Below, piece by piece: positions 13,201 through 24,310 of a DNA stretch of 64,000 nt. Location of the stretch: NCBI RefSeq assembly GCF_018350175.1, contig NC_058368.1, positions 117,554,001 through 117,618,000 on the forward strand, in the 5' to 3' direction. The translations under genes were made by a program, and so were the position numbers. The first letter of the stretch is position 1; each line of letters begins with the position of its first letter. Below the pieces are notes generated by a model. It was not told where the DNA came from. It worked only from the letters and a program-made list of their open reading frames with translations, and did no database searches. This DNA is from Felis catus. Its lineage: Eukaryota.

Positions 13201-14225
13201 AAGCATGTGTGCCTTTGGGTAGCGGCCTGTCTTGGAGCCCTTGTTCTAAGCCTCCCAGGATCCCCTGAGTCCATGGAGACTGGATTTGGGTGCCTGAAGT
13301 GAGCCCCGAGCACCCCAATCTGCTGTGAGTGGTTGAGTGGTTGAGGGCACAGGCACTGAATCATACCACCCTATTCCAAAGCCCAGCTCTGTCGCTGCTA
13401 ACATAATCTGTATGACTTCGAGGTGGCTGAGCCCCAGCTTCCTTCTTTGTAAGCTGTATTATAAAATAATAAAATGTACCACCGAGGGTGGTTGCGAAGA
13501 TGAAGAGAAACAGAACATCCACCTCGGTGCCTGGCACTGAGTAGGCACTCCGTGAATGATAACTGCGATCGCCGTCATCCTCACTGCGAGGCACATGAGT
13601 GGGCTCCAGCCACGTCCCCCATCCTGGGGTGGGGTGGGAGGCATCTAAGGGTGGAGGCGGGAGAAGCTTTCATTCACTGTTGCTTGCAGGTGTTTCCTCT
13701 GAGGCGAGACTCCAATCTCCTCAATTGTTCCTTATGCAAATGTTATGCTAATGACACATCAGCACACCCCTGGGCCCAGTTTGGGGAAGGTGAAGGGTGG
13801 GTTGATTCCCCTCGTTTCACTTCTGCCCAGTTTGTCCCCTTCCAGCCCCCAAGGAGGAGCAACTCTTGGTCCTCTGACAACCCCAGTCCTCAGGGCAGAG
13901 AGAGAGAGAGAGAGAGAGAAAGGGAGAGAGAAAGACCCCGATGGTGAGAGAAACAAAGAAAGGCCCCAGTCTTGGTAGGAGACGGACAGCATCATCATCG
14001 CCATAATCATCAACATCAAAAAGGCCTTTGGAAACGTCAGATTCTTCCCCGCCCTGTGCGGGCTACTCTACAATTACTGAGGCCCAGTTTAGGGCCCTGG
14101 GGAGCTGGGGGGAGGGGGGTGGTGAGGAGGAGTTTGGAGGAGGGAGGGGGAGAGCTAGGGTTTGCTAAGAGACAAGTGGCCATTCTCTTATTGTCCTTGA
14201 GGGCAGGGGCCGCACTTGGGCACCG

Positions 14226-14256
<31 letters not shown>
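14226..14256. repeat. Poly(C) homopolymer, about 31 nt
   Basis: Direct read. Confidence 0.9.
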
Positions 14257-14257
<1 letters not shown>

Positions 14258-16967
14258 CCCAGCGCCCCAGCTTCTGACAGAGGGTAGGCTCACAAATAAA
14301 ACAGAGAGACGCAAATAAGAAAGTGATCCTGAGTTGGCCACAGCGGGTTCTTGTCCTGCTCTGCTTTCACTTTCTTACCAGCTGCGTAGATTCACCTCTT
14401 TGTCTGGTTTCCCAGGCTATAAAATGGGCATCGACATTCCTGCTTCTCCAGGTTCTTGCAAAAATTAAATGAGATCCCATAGGCCTCAATGAAGATGATC
14501 CACTTGGGCAAACAGAGTGAGAGCCAAGGCAAAGCCAGTGCCCATCCCCGCTCCGTGGCCCCACATTAGGGTGGTCAAACAAAACTGGTCCCACCTTGCA
14601 CCTGGCAATTTGACGTGTGATCAGTTTTCTGAACCAAGGTAGATAGTAAAATCAAATGGTGTGTGCCCTCCCCAACTAGGTGGGTTTGAGATTGGAGTCT
14701 CCACTGAACATTTAACCTGCCCTCTGAGTTAATGTTGGACAAGATTTACAGTTGAACTGTAGTCTTCTGATGCTGTCCTCTGGATGGTCTAAAAACAGAG
14801 ATGGGAGGGGATGTACAAGGATGACACTGTAGGCAGCTGCTGCAGCAGCCAGGGGTGCTGACGAAGCCAATGTGGAACCAGCCTCTTCCCTGTGGGGAAG
14901 TCCGGCAGACACTGCTGTCGTTGTGCTGACATGTCCAGGCCTGTAGGCACCTCCACCATGACCCCTCCAGTCCCTGTAGAGAGGAACTTCAGCACTTGGA
15001 GTCTACTCGAGGGCAGACCCTGCCCTCAAGACATAATAGGTGCTCAATAAATACAAATTGGATGGACGGGGGAGACGGCCACGAGGACACTGCCAAATAA
15101 ATCCCAAACTATGCAAGCAGCAGGCCACTGTAATTAGACCAAGGAGGATAGTCAGTTATTAATATCAGACACGAGGCAGGGTTAACAGCCACTGAGGGTG
15201 GCTGTAATGAACAGAGAATCACCTCCTGTGCCCTCGGGGCCTTCCCTCCGTGATGCCTTCCTGAAGAGGGCTGAAAAGGGCTGGTCGGCACCAAGTGCGC
15301 TTGCTGCCTCAGGATCTTCTGCTTTCCTGGTCCCCCAGATGGTGTTTGTCTTGGTGACCCACAATTAGAGTCCCTGCCTCTCCCATTTCTGCCTCCTTCC
15401 TGGAACCCCCACAGCCTTTTATCTCTCCTCTATTATGATGCCTATCAGTACAGAGCCCAATTAGAGTTCTTTATTCCCAAGACTTATCTCCTCCATGGGA
15501 TTCCAAACTCCCTGGGGACAGGATTTATCCTGTGCCCATTTCTGTGTCCCAGTGGTGGAAGCCAGCACTCGGCCCCTGACCATCACCCTTCTATAAGAAG
15601 GAGAAGGAGAGGGGGAGTTACAGAGAGAAGGTAGAGAAGACATGAGGGAGAGGAAGGGCAGGCTAGCTCAATGAGGGAGGGAAAGAGAGGAGAAGCAGGG
15701 AGAAGGAAGGAAGAGGGAAATAGCAAGGCAGCCATGTCTGTTCTCTGGGTCAGGGGACACAAGCCTAGCCCTGCCTTTGGTGTCCATAGTCTTCTTGGAA
15801 AGATAAGGAGACCCCCTGTCCTCCTGCCCTGTCGCTGGCACTGGTTCACATGTCCCTGGCTTGGACCTGTTCTCTTGGCCCTGCCAGTCCCCGTCCCCTC
15901 ACTCCCTGGCTCCCCTTGGCAACCTGCCCCTGAGGAGGTGCTCCTGGGTGCCATCCAGCGGGTGGGGGCCGGGCAGGAACCACGCCAAGCCAGGGAGCAC
16001 GGCCAGGAAGGAGTCGGCAAGGCAGATGCCGCCCCTCTCCTGCTGCCTTGATTAGAGAAATTGAGATGTTAATAATATTCCGAGATGCAAGGTGCTAATT
16101 AAAGTTAATTACTGTTTCCTTGTGAAGTAACCTCTCCTCGTGTTTACCAGGAGCAAGGCTGCCAGCCGCTCCCCTGGCTCGTGCCAATCACGATGCCCGC
16201 TGCTCGGTGTCCCCACACCCTCACAGGTGCCCTCAGCTGCCCCAACCCAGGCCAGGCGGACATCACAACCCGAGGTTGCCAGGTCCTGCCTCTTGGCATA
16301 TCACCGAGCAGCCTTGCCGAGGAGCATGGGAGCACGTGAGCTTGAGTGTCCTGTGGAGCCCAGGGATGGGACTTGTGGCCTCAGTGGCTGCTACCCTGAT
16401 CCTCTGTTCCTCCTGCAGACTCCTGCAGAGTCTCTCCCTGTCTCTCTTCCAGCTCCTGGACCGGGCGCAATTTACTTAACCTCTTAGAATCTCAGTTTTC
16501 CTATCTGTAAATGGGGCTAATAATTCCTACCTTGTACAGTTGCTGTGAGGATCACATGAGACACTGCCTATAAAATGCTCACCACAGTCACATAGCTGGA
16601 ATTTAATAAGCTCTCAATTAAGGTTAACTGTGATTATTGTTGTCTTTGTTAATAATCCTCTCCCTCCCAACTCCCTCTTCTGTGTGGTCTGGCTTTGGGA
16701 CTGGGGATGGGTCAGTTGAGTATACACAAGTCCTCCACACAACTGGGACAGCCCCCCCCCCCCCCGCCCCCAGGCACACTGCACACAGGGTCCTACACCA
16801 ACACACCTGGGAAGCACACACTACCCTTGTAGGGTGCCTCCCTCTCCCTGGCCCCAACACATCCTCTTATGGCGCCATCCCTGGTTTCAGCCTCACCCAG
16901 GGAAGTAGAGAGAAGAGGGAGGAACCTGACAGGGTTCTCTAAGAAGTAGAGTTCTGCAAAGCCCAGA

Positions 16968-16968
<1 letters not shown>

Positions 16969-17010
<42 letters not shown>
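16969..17010. repeat. (TG)21 microsatellite
   Basis: Direct read. Confidence 0.95.
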
Positions 17011-17015
<5 letters not shown>

Positions 17016-17218
17016 ACACACGTGCACGTGGACCTCCCTGCCCCCACCCCGACCCCCCATGTGTCTCTGCTCTTGTGTTCCAGGCTGCACAGGGCTTTGG
17101 GAGAGAGTCCACCCTCTTGGGATCCAAGTCAGGTTGCCATGACAACCACTGCAGGTGTGCACCTCTGATCTCCTCCGCTCCCCCATGACACATAGCCATT
17201 CTGGCCAATTCGGTTGGC

Positions 17219-17276
17219 GGGGGGGGGGGGGGTGGGGGGGGGGTGGGGGGGGGGTGGGGGGGGTGGGGGGGTGGGG
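17219..17276. repeat. G-run array (GnT)n, G-quadruplex potential
   Basis: Six G-runs separated by single T. Confidence 0.9.
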
Positions 17277-18145
17277 AACACTAGCTCTCTGATGGGAGTC
17301 TCTCCGTCCTCACCCAGGCTACCACCACTGTCCCTTGCCTGCCTTCTGGGCTGGAGAGTGGGCCAGGGGACAAGGCAGAGTCCCGTGAAAGAATTCGTTC
17401 TTCATCCCCAGCTTCCTGTGGGGCTTAGAGCTAACGAGTGAATATTGCTGTCACCTTTGGTTTGGCAGGATGGAGGCTTCTGAAGGGGCCTCTCTGGGTA
17501 TACCATAGGTAATCAAGGGGTTAAGACCTCTCTTCTATTTGCATGCACCGCCCCTACTCAAGAGTATCTCAGGCTTTTGCTCTGAGGGAAGAACTGGCCA
17601 GCCCCTGCTGGGCCATTTCCTGTTTATGGGCCTGGAAGGGTAAGGGAAGGATAACTGAGGCTGGGCATCTGGGCCAGATTTGGGAGTGAGGGTGGGTCAG
17701 TGTCTGAGACACACTGATGGCACCTGAAGGCCCTGGGAAACTGCCATGGCTCAGCCCTTCCTACACTCCACCCACTGTAGCCCCAGACTCAAATTCTAAG
17801 CCTAGCCTCGGTGAGAGCAGACCCTATCCTTGGTCCCTATCCAAGCTTAACTTCCTCCTGCCCAAAGCCCCTGCCCCTAGCCCCTCTGGGAGCCTGGATG
17901 CCTTCCCCTAGATCTCTTGCCCCCAGGCTCTAGCTCCTCCACCTCCACCGATGCTCTCTCCTCACACCCACTTCCCTAGTCCACCTCTCATCCCCAGGCC
18001 ACCTCCTCCTCCCACCTTCCACACCTCCTTCCTGCTCTGTGCTCAGTCCTTCTGGCCTTTATCCCTACTCAGCTGTGGCCCACCAGCCCTCTCTCTTGCT
18101 CCCTTTTCTTGCCGTTCCTACAGAATCCCCAAATAGATTTCCTCT

Positions 18146-18340
18146 TCATTTATTCATTCGTTCATTCAGTAAACATTTTGAGTGGTGATAAAGAAGTTAA
18201 ACAAGATTCTTGCCCCCTGCAAGCTTTTATTCTAGTGGGAAGAGACCGAAATTGAACACATAAACAAATAAATGAAATGACGATAGACTGGGATAAGGTC
18301 AAGGAAAAGGACAAAGGGGAGCTATGACAGAGACCACAAG
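18146..18340 (-). mobile_element. L2 3' end
   Basis: tcatttattcattcgttcattcagtaaacattt...ttctagtgggaagagac. Confidence 0.7.
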
Positions 18341-19319
18341 GGCACCTTCTAATCCCCTACTTAGTTATGGAGTCAGAAGGGTCATAGAGAGTGGGGAACA
18401 GGGGCCACCTGGAGGCAGAGGTTTGGCAAAGGCGGTCCTCCCAGCTCATCTGTAAGCAGTGCACTCTGAGGCCAGACCTTGTTGCTATCCACCCACTCCC
18501 ACCTGCTGTAATGGATACCTTCCTCTTCAGTCAACCTCCTCAGACCTCCCCCCTGCCATCCCCACCCCAGCCCCGCCCCTGCTCCCACCCCACCGGCTCT
18601 TTCCAGCTCCTGGGCTCCCCTGATAATGCCGAGGAGGTGAGGGGCAAGAGCATCTGTCCTTGGGGGATCGAAAGGGGAAATTGAATGAGCAAGAAAAGCG
18701 TGCCCATGTCAAAATACAGCTTCAAACCTGAACAAACTACTACAGCTGTAAGAAATAAAATATGCATGTGCTGAGGGGTTTTGGAGGGATCATGGCCAGG
18801 AAAGGGTTCATCGGGGCAATTTTCTGTAGGCGCAGCACTTTGAGGGTTGGAGCACGTGCAGAGGGCACTGGGCATGTGGAAGAGCTCCAAGCCACATGGA
18901 ATTGCAAGCATATTCACAAACACAGCTCGGGGACTTTGCCCTTCCCAGTGCTGCAGCCCCATGAAATATTTAGGTTTCTGGACATTGCTCATCCCTTATT
19001 GTCCCCCTCAGCAAGTACACTTCCCCTACATCATTTATGGCTGTCCCCTTTCCTCCCTTGGAGTACTGCAGAAAAGGGAAGATCAGATCCCAAACTGGAG
19101 GAGGGTCTGTCCTAACCCTGTGGCAAGGGGGCAGGATCCATGCCCAACTTCTCACATAGCCCTCCCCGCACTGCATAGGCAAGGAGGGTGAGTCTGAGAG
19201 CTAAGAGGTCATTTTCAGCCTGAAAGACTGAGGAAGCAGAATAAGGCGAGAGTTTGGAAGATGCAGATGTCCTGGTTCCAGAAGGGAAAGGAAAGGAGTC
19301 TGGGAGTGATGAGAAAAGT

Positions 19320-19470
19320 TGCATTTATTGAGCGCTTACAATTTATTGGACTAAGCTGGTTACATGCACCATCGCCTTAAATCCACACAAAAATTTAGGA
19401 TTTATTATCCCCATTTCATAGCTAAGAAACTGATGCTCAGAGAGGTTAAGTGACTTGTTCAAGGCAGTCC
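19320..19470 (-). mobile_element. MIR
   Basis: tattatccccatttcatagctaagaaactgatgctcagagaggttaagtgacttg. Confidence 0.8.
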
Positions 19471-21159
19471 AGACAGTCCAGCTCCAGAAGCCAAGCTCCA
19501 CAGACTCCAGCGAGGTCTCTCCTTAGTTGGGGTTGGGAAGGGGGAGGGGGGTCAGGGGAGTCATGCCAGGCAGTGTCTGTCCCCTTCCCTCCTACTCCCA
19601 GAAGATGAGGCTGCTTTCAGTATAATCCCCTCTCCCTGCTCTCCCTGCCCCTGGTTCAGCCCCAGCCAGAACTCCTAAATACTTCACCTGTTTATTATTC
19701 AAATATTGCTGGCCAGAGATTGGGAGACCCTGAGGAAAGGTGAAGAGGAAGGTGAGGAGATAACAAGGGAGAGCCAGAGAGAGTAAGAGGTAGAGCAAGA
19801 GACAGAGAGACACACAGGGGCCAAGCAGAAAGCAGGGGCGTTTGAGGGAGCACTGGTGACAGAAGGCCAGGATGTACAGTGACCCACAACCTGGACAGTT
19901 AGAGCTCAGCCCATCCACTGGCCGGTGATGGAATGGATGGAAGGTGATAGAAGGAACTCCTACTCCCCACCCCCAGCTCTGTCTCCACCCACCCTTCCAC
20001 CTTCACACCCGAGCTTCTCCTTCCCCTCCCCCACCATCTTCTCAGGAACAATTCTAATTAGACTAAGTGACTAAGAGGAGGTTTCAGCCTGAGCAGCCAA
20101 TTAGGCCTGGAAGAAGGGAAGGGAGCCCCCCCCACCAAGTCTCCCACCCCCACCCAACCCCCTCATCTGTCTTTTACCTGGACCAAGTATTCTTAGCCCA
20201 GGACTCCAGACTGTCATTCAAGTTTCCCTGATACTCCTCCTCCCTCACTGCCCACTGTGCCCCATTACCTGTTTCCAGACAGCCCCCAGCCCACTGCTTA
20301 GTCCCCATCTCGAGCCCCTCCATCCTCAGGCCTTGAGTCCATTCAAGAGTCTCTGGCGGGGGGGGGTGGTGGTGCAAGGAAAGAGTGGGGTCCTCCTTGG
20401 GAGGCTGTCTTTCTGAGTCTCTTTATTTCTGATGTTTCTCCTCTGTCTCTCCCTCTCTCTCTTCTCTTCCTCTGGCACTTATTTCTAACATCCGTGGACC
20501 AGGCCTACTGGTTGCCATGGAGACGCAGTGTGCAGCTGGATGGTGAGTGTGTGAGAGGAGCTGTGTGTGCTCTGCAGCACGGGGCGGGGTGGGGGTGCCG
20601 GTTGCTGCGTGTGAAACGTACCCATGTGCAAGAAATCTTTCTTCGAGGTTTCGTTCCCTGAAGGGAGACCCAGACCAAGGGGGAGACTCCCAAAAGGCCC
20701 CAATGATCCTAAAACACTTGGTGATACTCATCAGGGACACATCCTCCCCCGCAGCCCCTGCAGGTCAGATACTAAATTCTGTTCAGTCCAGACTCTGGAC
20801 CGGCAGATTCTGGAGGGGCCCCAACCTGCCCCTCCTGTCGGAGGAGAGGATTGGGAACCCTGGGAAAGGAGCAGGAGTGGGCAGAGGACTTTCCTGTACA
20901 GAACAGCTGGAGTACAGATTAAGCTGTGCAGATGGACCTACTGATGAGGCCAGCAACCCCCCAACACCACTCCAGGGGCTGCGGGTGGGGAGGAAGTTGG
21001 ACCAGCAAGCTGGAAAATCCCCTCCATTTCTATACATCTTACCCTGTATTTGTCCAACCGGTTGGGAGAGAGGTAAGCTTAGGACCTAGTTTCCTGCCCT
21101 CAGGAAGCTTAGCATCTTAGAGGCATCAGGCTAACCCCTTTATTGTCTCCCACCCCAGG

Positions 21160-21510
21160 GCCTTGGCAGCTGCCCTTTCCTTCGCCTGGAATGCTCTGTT
21201 CTGAGCTCTACATCTCCAGCTTTCCTCAGATAAGCTACTCAGGCCACAGTGAGTAAGGCAGCCCCTTCCTTTCCCCCACCTCCAGTTATCCTCCTTCATG
21301 TCCTACTGTTTGTTTCCTTCACGGCACTTTAACACAATCTGTAATTATCTCATTTGTTTGTTTGTTTATTGTCTGTCTTCTCTACTGGAATGGAAGTTCC
21401 AAGAGACAGTAGGGATCATGCCTGTCTAATTCAGTGCTGTAATGCCAGCACCTGGCACCGGGCCTACCACATAGTAGGTGCTAAATATGTGTTCACTAAA
21501 AGAACGGACA
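21160..21510 (+). mobile_element. L2 3' end
   Basis: ttcgcctggaatgctct...ttgtctgtcttctctactggaat...cacatagtaggtgctaaata. Confidence 0.75.
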
Positions 21511-21827
21511 AATTCTTTCACTGAAGTGCCACAAGAATCCTCGGTGATGGTGAGCATTATTATTCCCATTTTACAGATGAAGAAATGAAGGCTCAGTCAC
21601 CTGCCCAAGGTCATACCACTAGGAAGCAGTACAGCCCGATTTCTAATGTAAGCCTCTGATTCCAGATGTGAGGGAAGGAGGTAGGGACCATCTTTCCTAA
21701 CCTTCAATGCACCTGGCTCCTGTTCCTGTTTGTCTGTGGGTGTCTCTACTCCCATCCCAGGCATCCCCACAGAAACCTGTGCAGAAAAGCGAGAAGGACA
21801 GTTAAAACCTGTAAAGAATGTGAATTT

Positions 21828-22030
21828 GGGGCACCCGGGTGACTCAGTTGGTTAAGCGTCTGACTTCGGCTCAGGTCATGATCTCATGGTTCGTGGGTTC
21901 GAGCCCCAGACAGACTTTGTGCTGACACCTCAGAGCCTGGAGTCTGCTTTGGATTGTGTATCTCCCTCTCTCTGCCCTTGCCCTGCTCTCTCTCAAAAAT
22001 AAACAAACAAACAAACAAACAAACAGAACA
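21828..22030 (+). mobile_element. CanSINE
   Basis: Head ggggcacccgggtgactcagttggttaagcgtctgac; (AAAC)n tail; TSD aaagaatgtgaat at 21813 and 22031. Confidence 0.93.
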
Positions 22031-22939
22031 AAAGAATGTGAATCTGACCTTTTTTTCCAGGATCTCTCAATGGCTCCTCTTTCCCTCCTTAAGTTGACCA
22101 GCAGGGCCTTCTAATTCTGCACCACCACCATCCCCCTTCCTTTTCAACTTTACCTGCCCTCCTCAGTTACCTTCCGCTCCTCCTACCCCAGGTCCTTTCA
22201 CACACAACTCCCTCAGCCAGATCTGTCCAGCTGGGACACCACCCCTTCCAGGAAGCCTTCTGGACTCTACTGGAGGAGACACCTCCTTTAGCATTCCAGC
22301 CTAAATTTACAGCTCAGGGCAGGGCTGAACACATGCTGTGGTCATTATTTACCTGTTTGCCTTTCCCATAGAGACCGTGTGTCATTCTTGGGGTGTCCCA
22401 GTACCCTATGCTGGGCTGGCACAAGGGACAGGCTCAGGAAATGTTTACAGAATAAGTGAACAATCAGCAGCAGGATTCTAACATCCATGTCTCTTGACCC
22501 CTGACATCTTTTCCAGGGTTAGACCTTAACAGGAGCTCCTTACCCTCAACGTGGGGCTGAGTCAGGGGTGGGGATGTTGTGAGGTCCTCCTGTTGATTCA
22601 CTGCTTCCTTTGATCAAGTGAAGCCTCAAGGTTAGGGCTGGTCACTCTGGCCAGGTAGAGGGAGGGTTTGTGATTCTGTAACTGGAGGATTGGTGGGGGG
22701 CCTGCGGGTTGCTCACTGAGCTGGAGAGCTGACCTGATCCCTTGTGAATTCAGAGGCTGCCAAAGGGGCCTCAGCCCTTCCAGGCCTCCTCCCACCCCAG
22801 ACTCTGGAGCCCCTGGTCCAAGCCTGATCTTGATGGTGTCTTCTTCATCCCCCCACTCCAGCCCGTCCAGTCCCTCACAGAAGATCCAGCCACTGGTCAC
22901 TGAATGTAGTAAGGGGACCTGGGGTGGGCACCAGGCCCT

Positions 22940-24310
22940 GCGAAGCCTGCGTATGGGAACGGATGAAGGGGCGCCTGCGACCTCCGCTGTACCCGTAGTC
23001 GATCCGGGTTTACACGGAGGCTCATCCAGGATTAGTCCCTGCGCTCGGCTAATCCCAGCCTCCCAGCCGCTGAACCGACCCCGGGGTCGAGGAGCCAGGC
23101 CCATTCTGCGCGGGCGGGAGGACGGGGCTCGCAGGCGGAGCGGAAGCGCAGGCGGGCGGGGGTGGGGGGGGGGGAGGGGGAAGAAGGGAGGGGCACCCCG
23201 GGAGGCGGGGCCGGGAAACCGGCTGATCCGGTCTGTGTTCTGCGACCTCTCCGGAGCCAGTGTTTACCCGGGAGCCGGACGGAGGAGGCCGGGGCCGCTC
23301 GGGCCCGGAAGCGGGGGGAGGGGAGCGCAGTCGGAGACTGGGGTGAGACTTTTTCAGGTCCCCTAAATCGACCTCCAACCCTGGTTCCTGAGTGTGGGAC
23401 GCAGCGACAGATATCTCTCACCCCTTCTTCCATTCAGATCCGTAATTCATACTTGTTGCTAAATGAAAGGGGAATGGAAAAGGATACATGCCCCGTGGAA
23501 GAAGGCAGCACAGCGTGATCTTCCCCAGCGCACCCCCCTCGCCCCCCCCCCCCCCATCCCTAGCCCGCACCTTAGCTCGCAGCGGGGCTGGGATTGCCTG
23601 GAGCGGGTTGGGCCAGCGGATTGGTTGGGGGAGGGGCCACTTTGACAAGCACAGAGTAGATGTCTGTCCTCAATCTGCGTCCTTTTGGCCCCCATTCCAG
23701 AGTGGCACCGGTTGATCTCAATGGGTCTCCGTCTCTCCTTTCGGCCGCGTCTCCTGGCCCCCTCAAAGGCCTCTAACCCAGTCTTAGCCCCCAGTCTTCC
23801 CGGGACGCAGGCCTGAGGGCCCGGAAGAAGCGAGGTGGGGTCCGGTTTTCACACTTTTATTGTAAAGCTCGGGAATAATTACACGGGTCTTCCATTGACA
23901 GCTCAGCAAACAAACCGGAAACGAACCGAACCGGAGGGGGTAGGGGCGGTGCCTGCGCATGCTCGCGGCGGGGGAGGGGGGGGGTCAGAGAAAGAGAAAG
24001 ACAGAAAGAGACAGAAATCATTACAAATCAACGGGATTGTGCTCGCAGCGCCAGGGATGGGAGGCGAGTGAGGGCGGGGCGGGGGCCCTTCCCGGGAGGA
24101 GCGAGGCGGTGGGAAGTGGCACGAACCAAGAGAAACACGACCCCAGTGTGGGCACCCGATGAGCCCAAAACCCCCCTCCCCGAACCCCACCCCCCAACAC
24201 ACGAGAGAGACACGGCCCCCCTCCCCACTCAGATAACCCGAGGAGACACAGTCTCCCTCTCCCCACGGGCAGACACACCCGCCTGGGAACCCCATGGGCG
24301 AGACACAGTC
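22940..24310. promoter_or_regulatory. 3'-end CpG island
   Basis: Dense CpGs, GC boxes, CCGGAA ETS cores, reverse CCAAT near 23620, NRF1-like TGCGCATGCTCG at 23954-23965. Confidence 0.8.
23856..23861 (-). terminator. Candidate distal poly(A) signal of the long isoform
   Basis: The first canonical minus-strand AATAAA I found after the exon-5 stop (ctttacAATAAAagtgtg), about 3.6 kb downstream. Confidence 0.65.
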
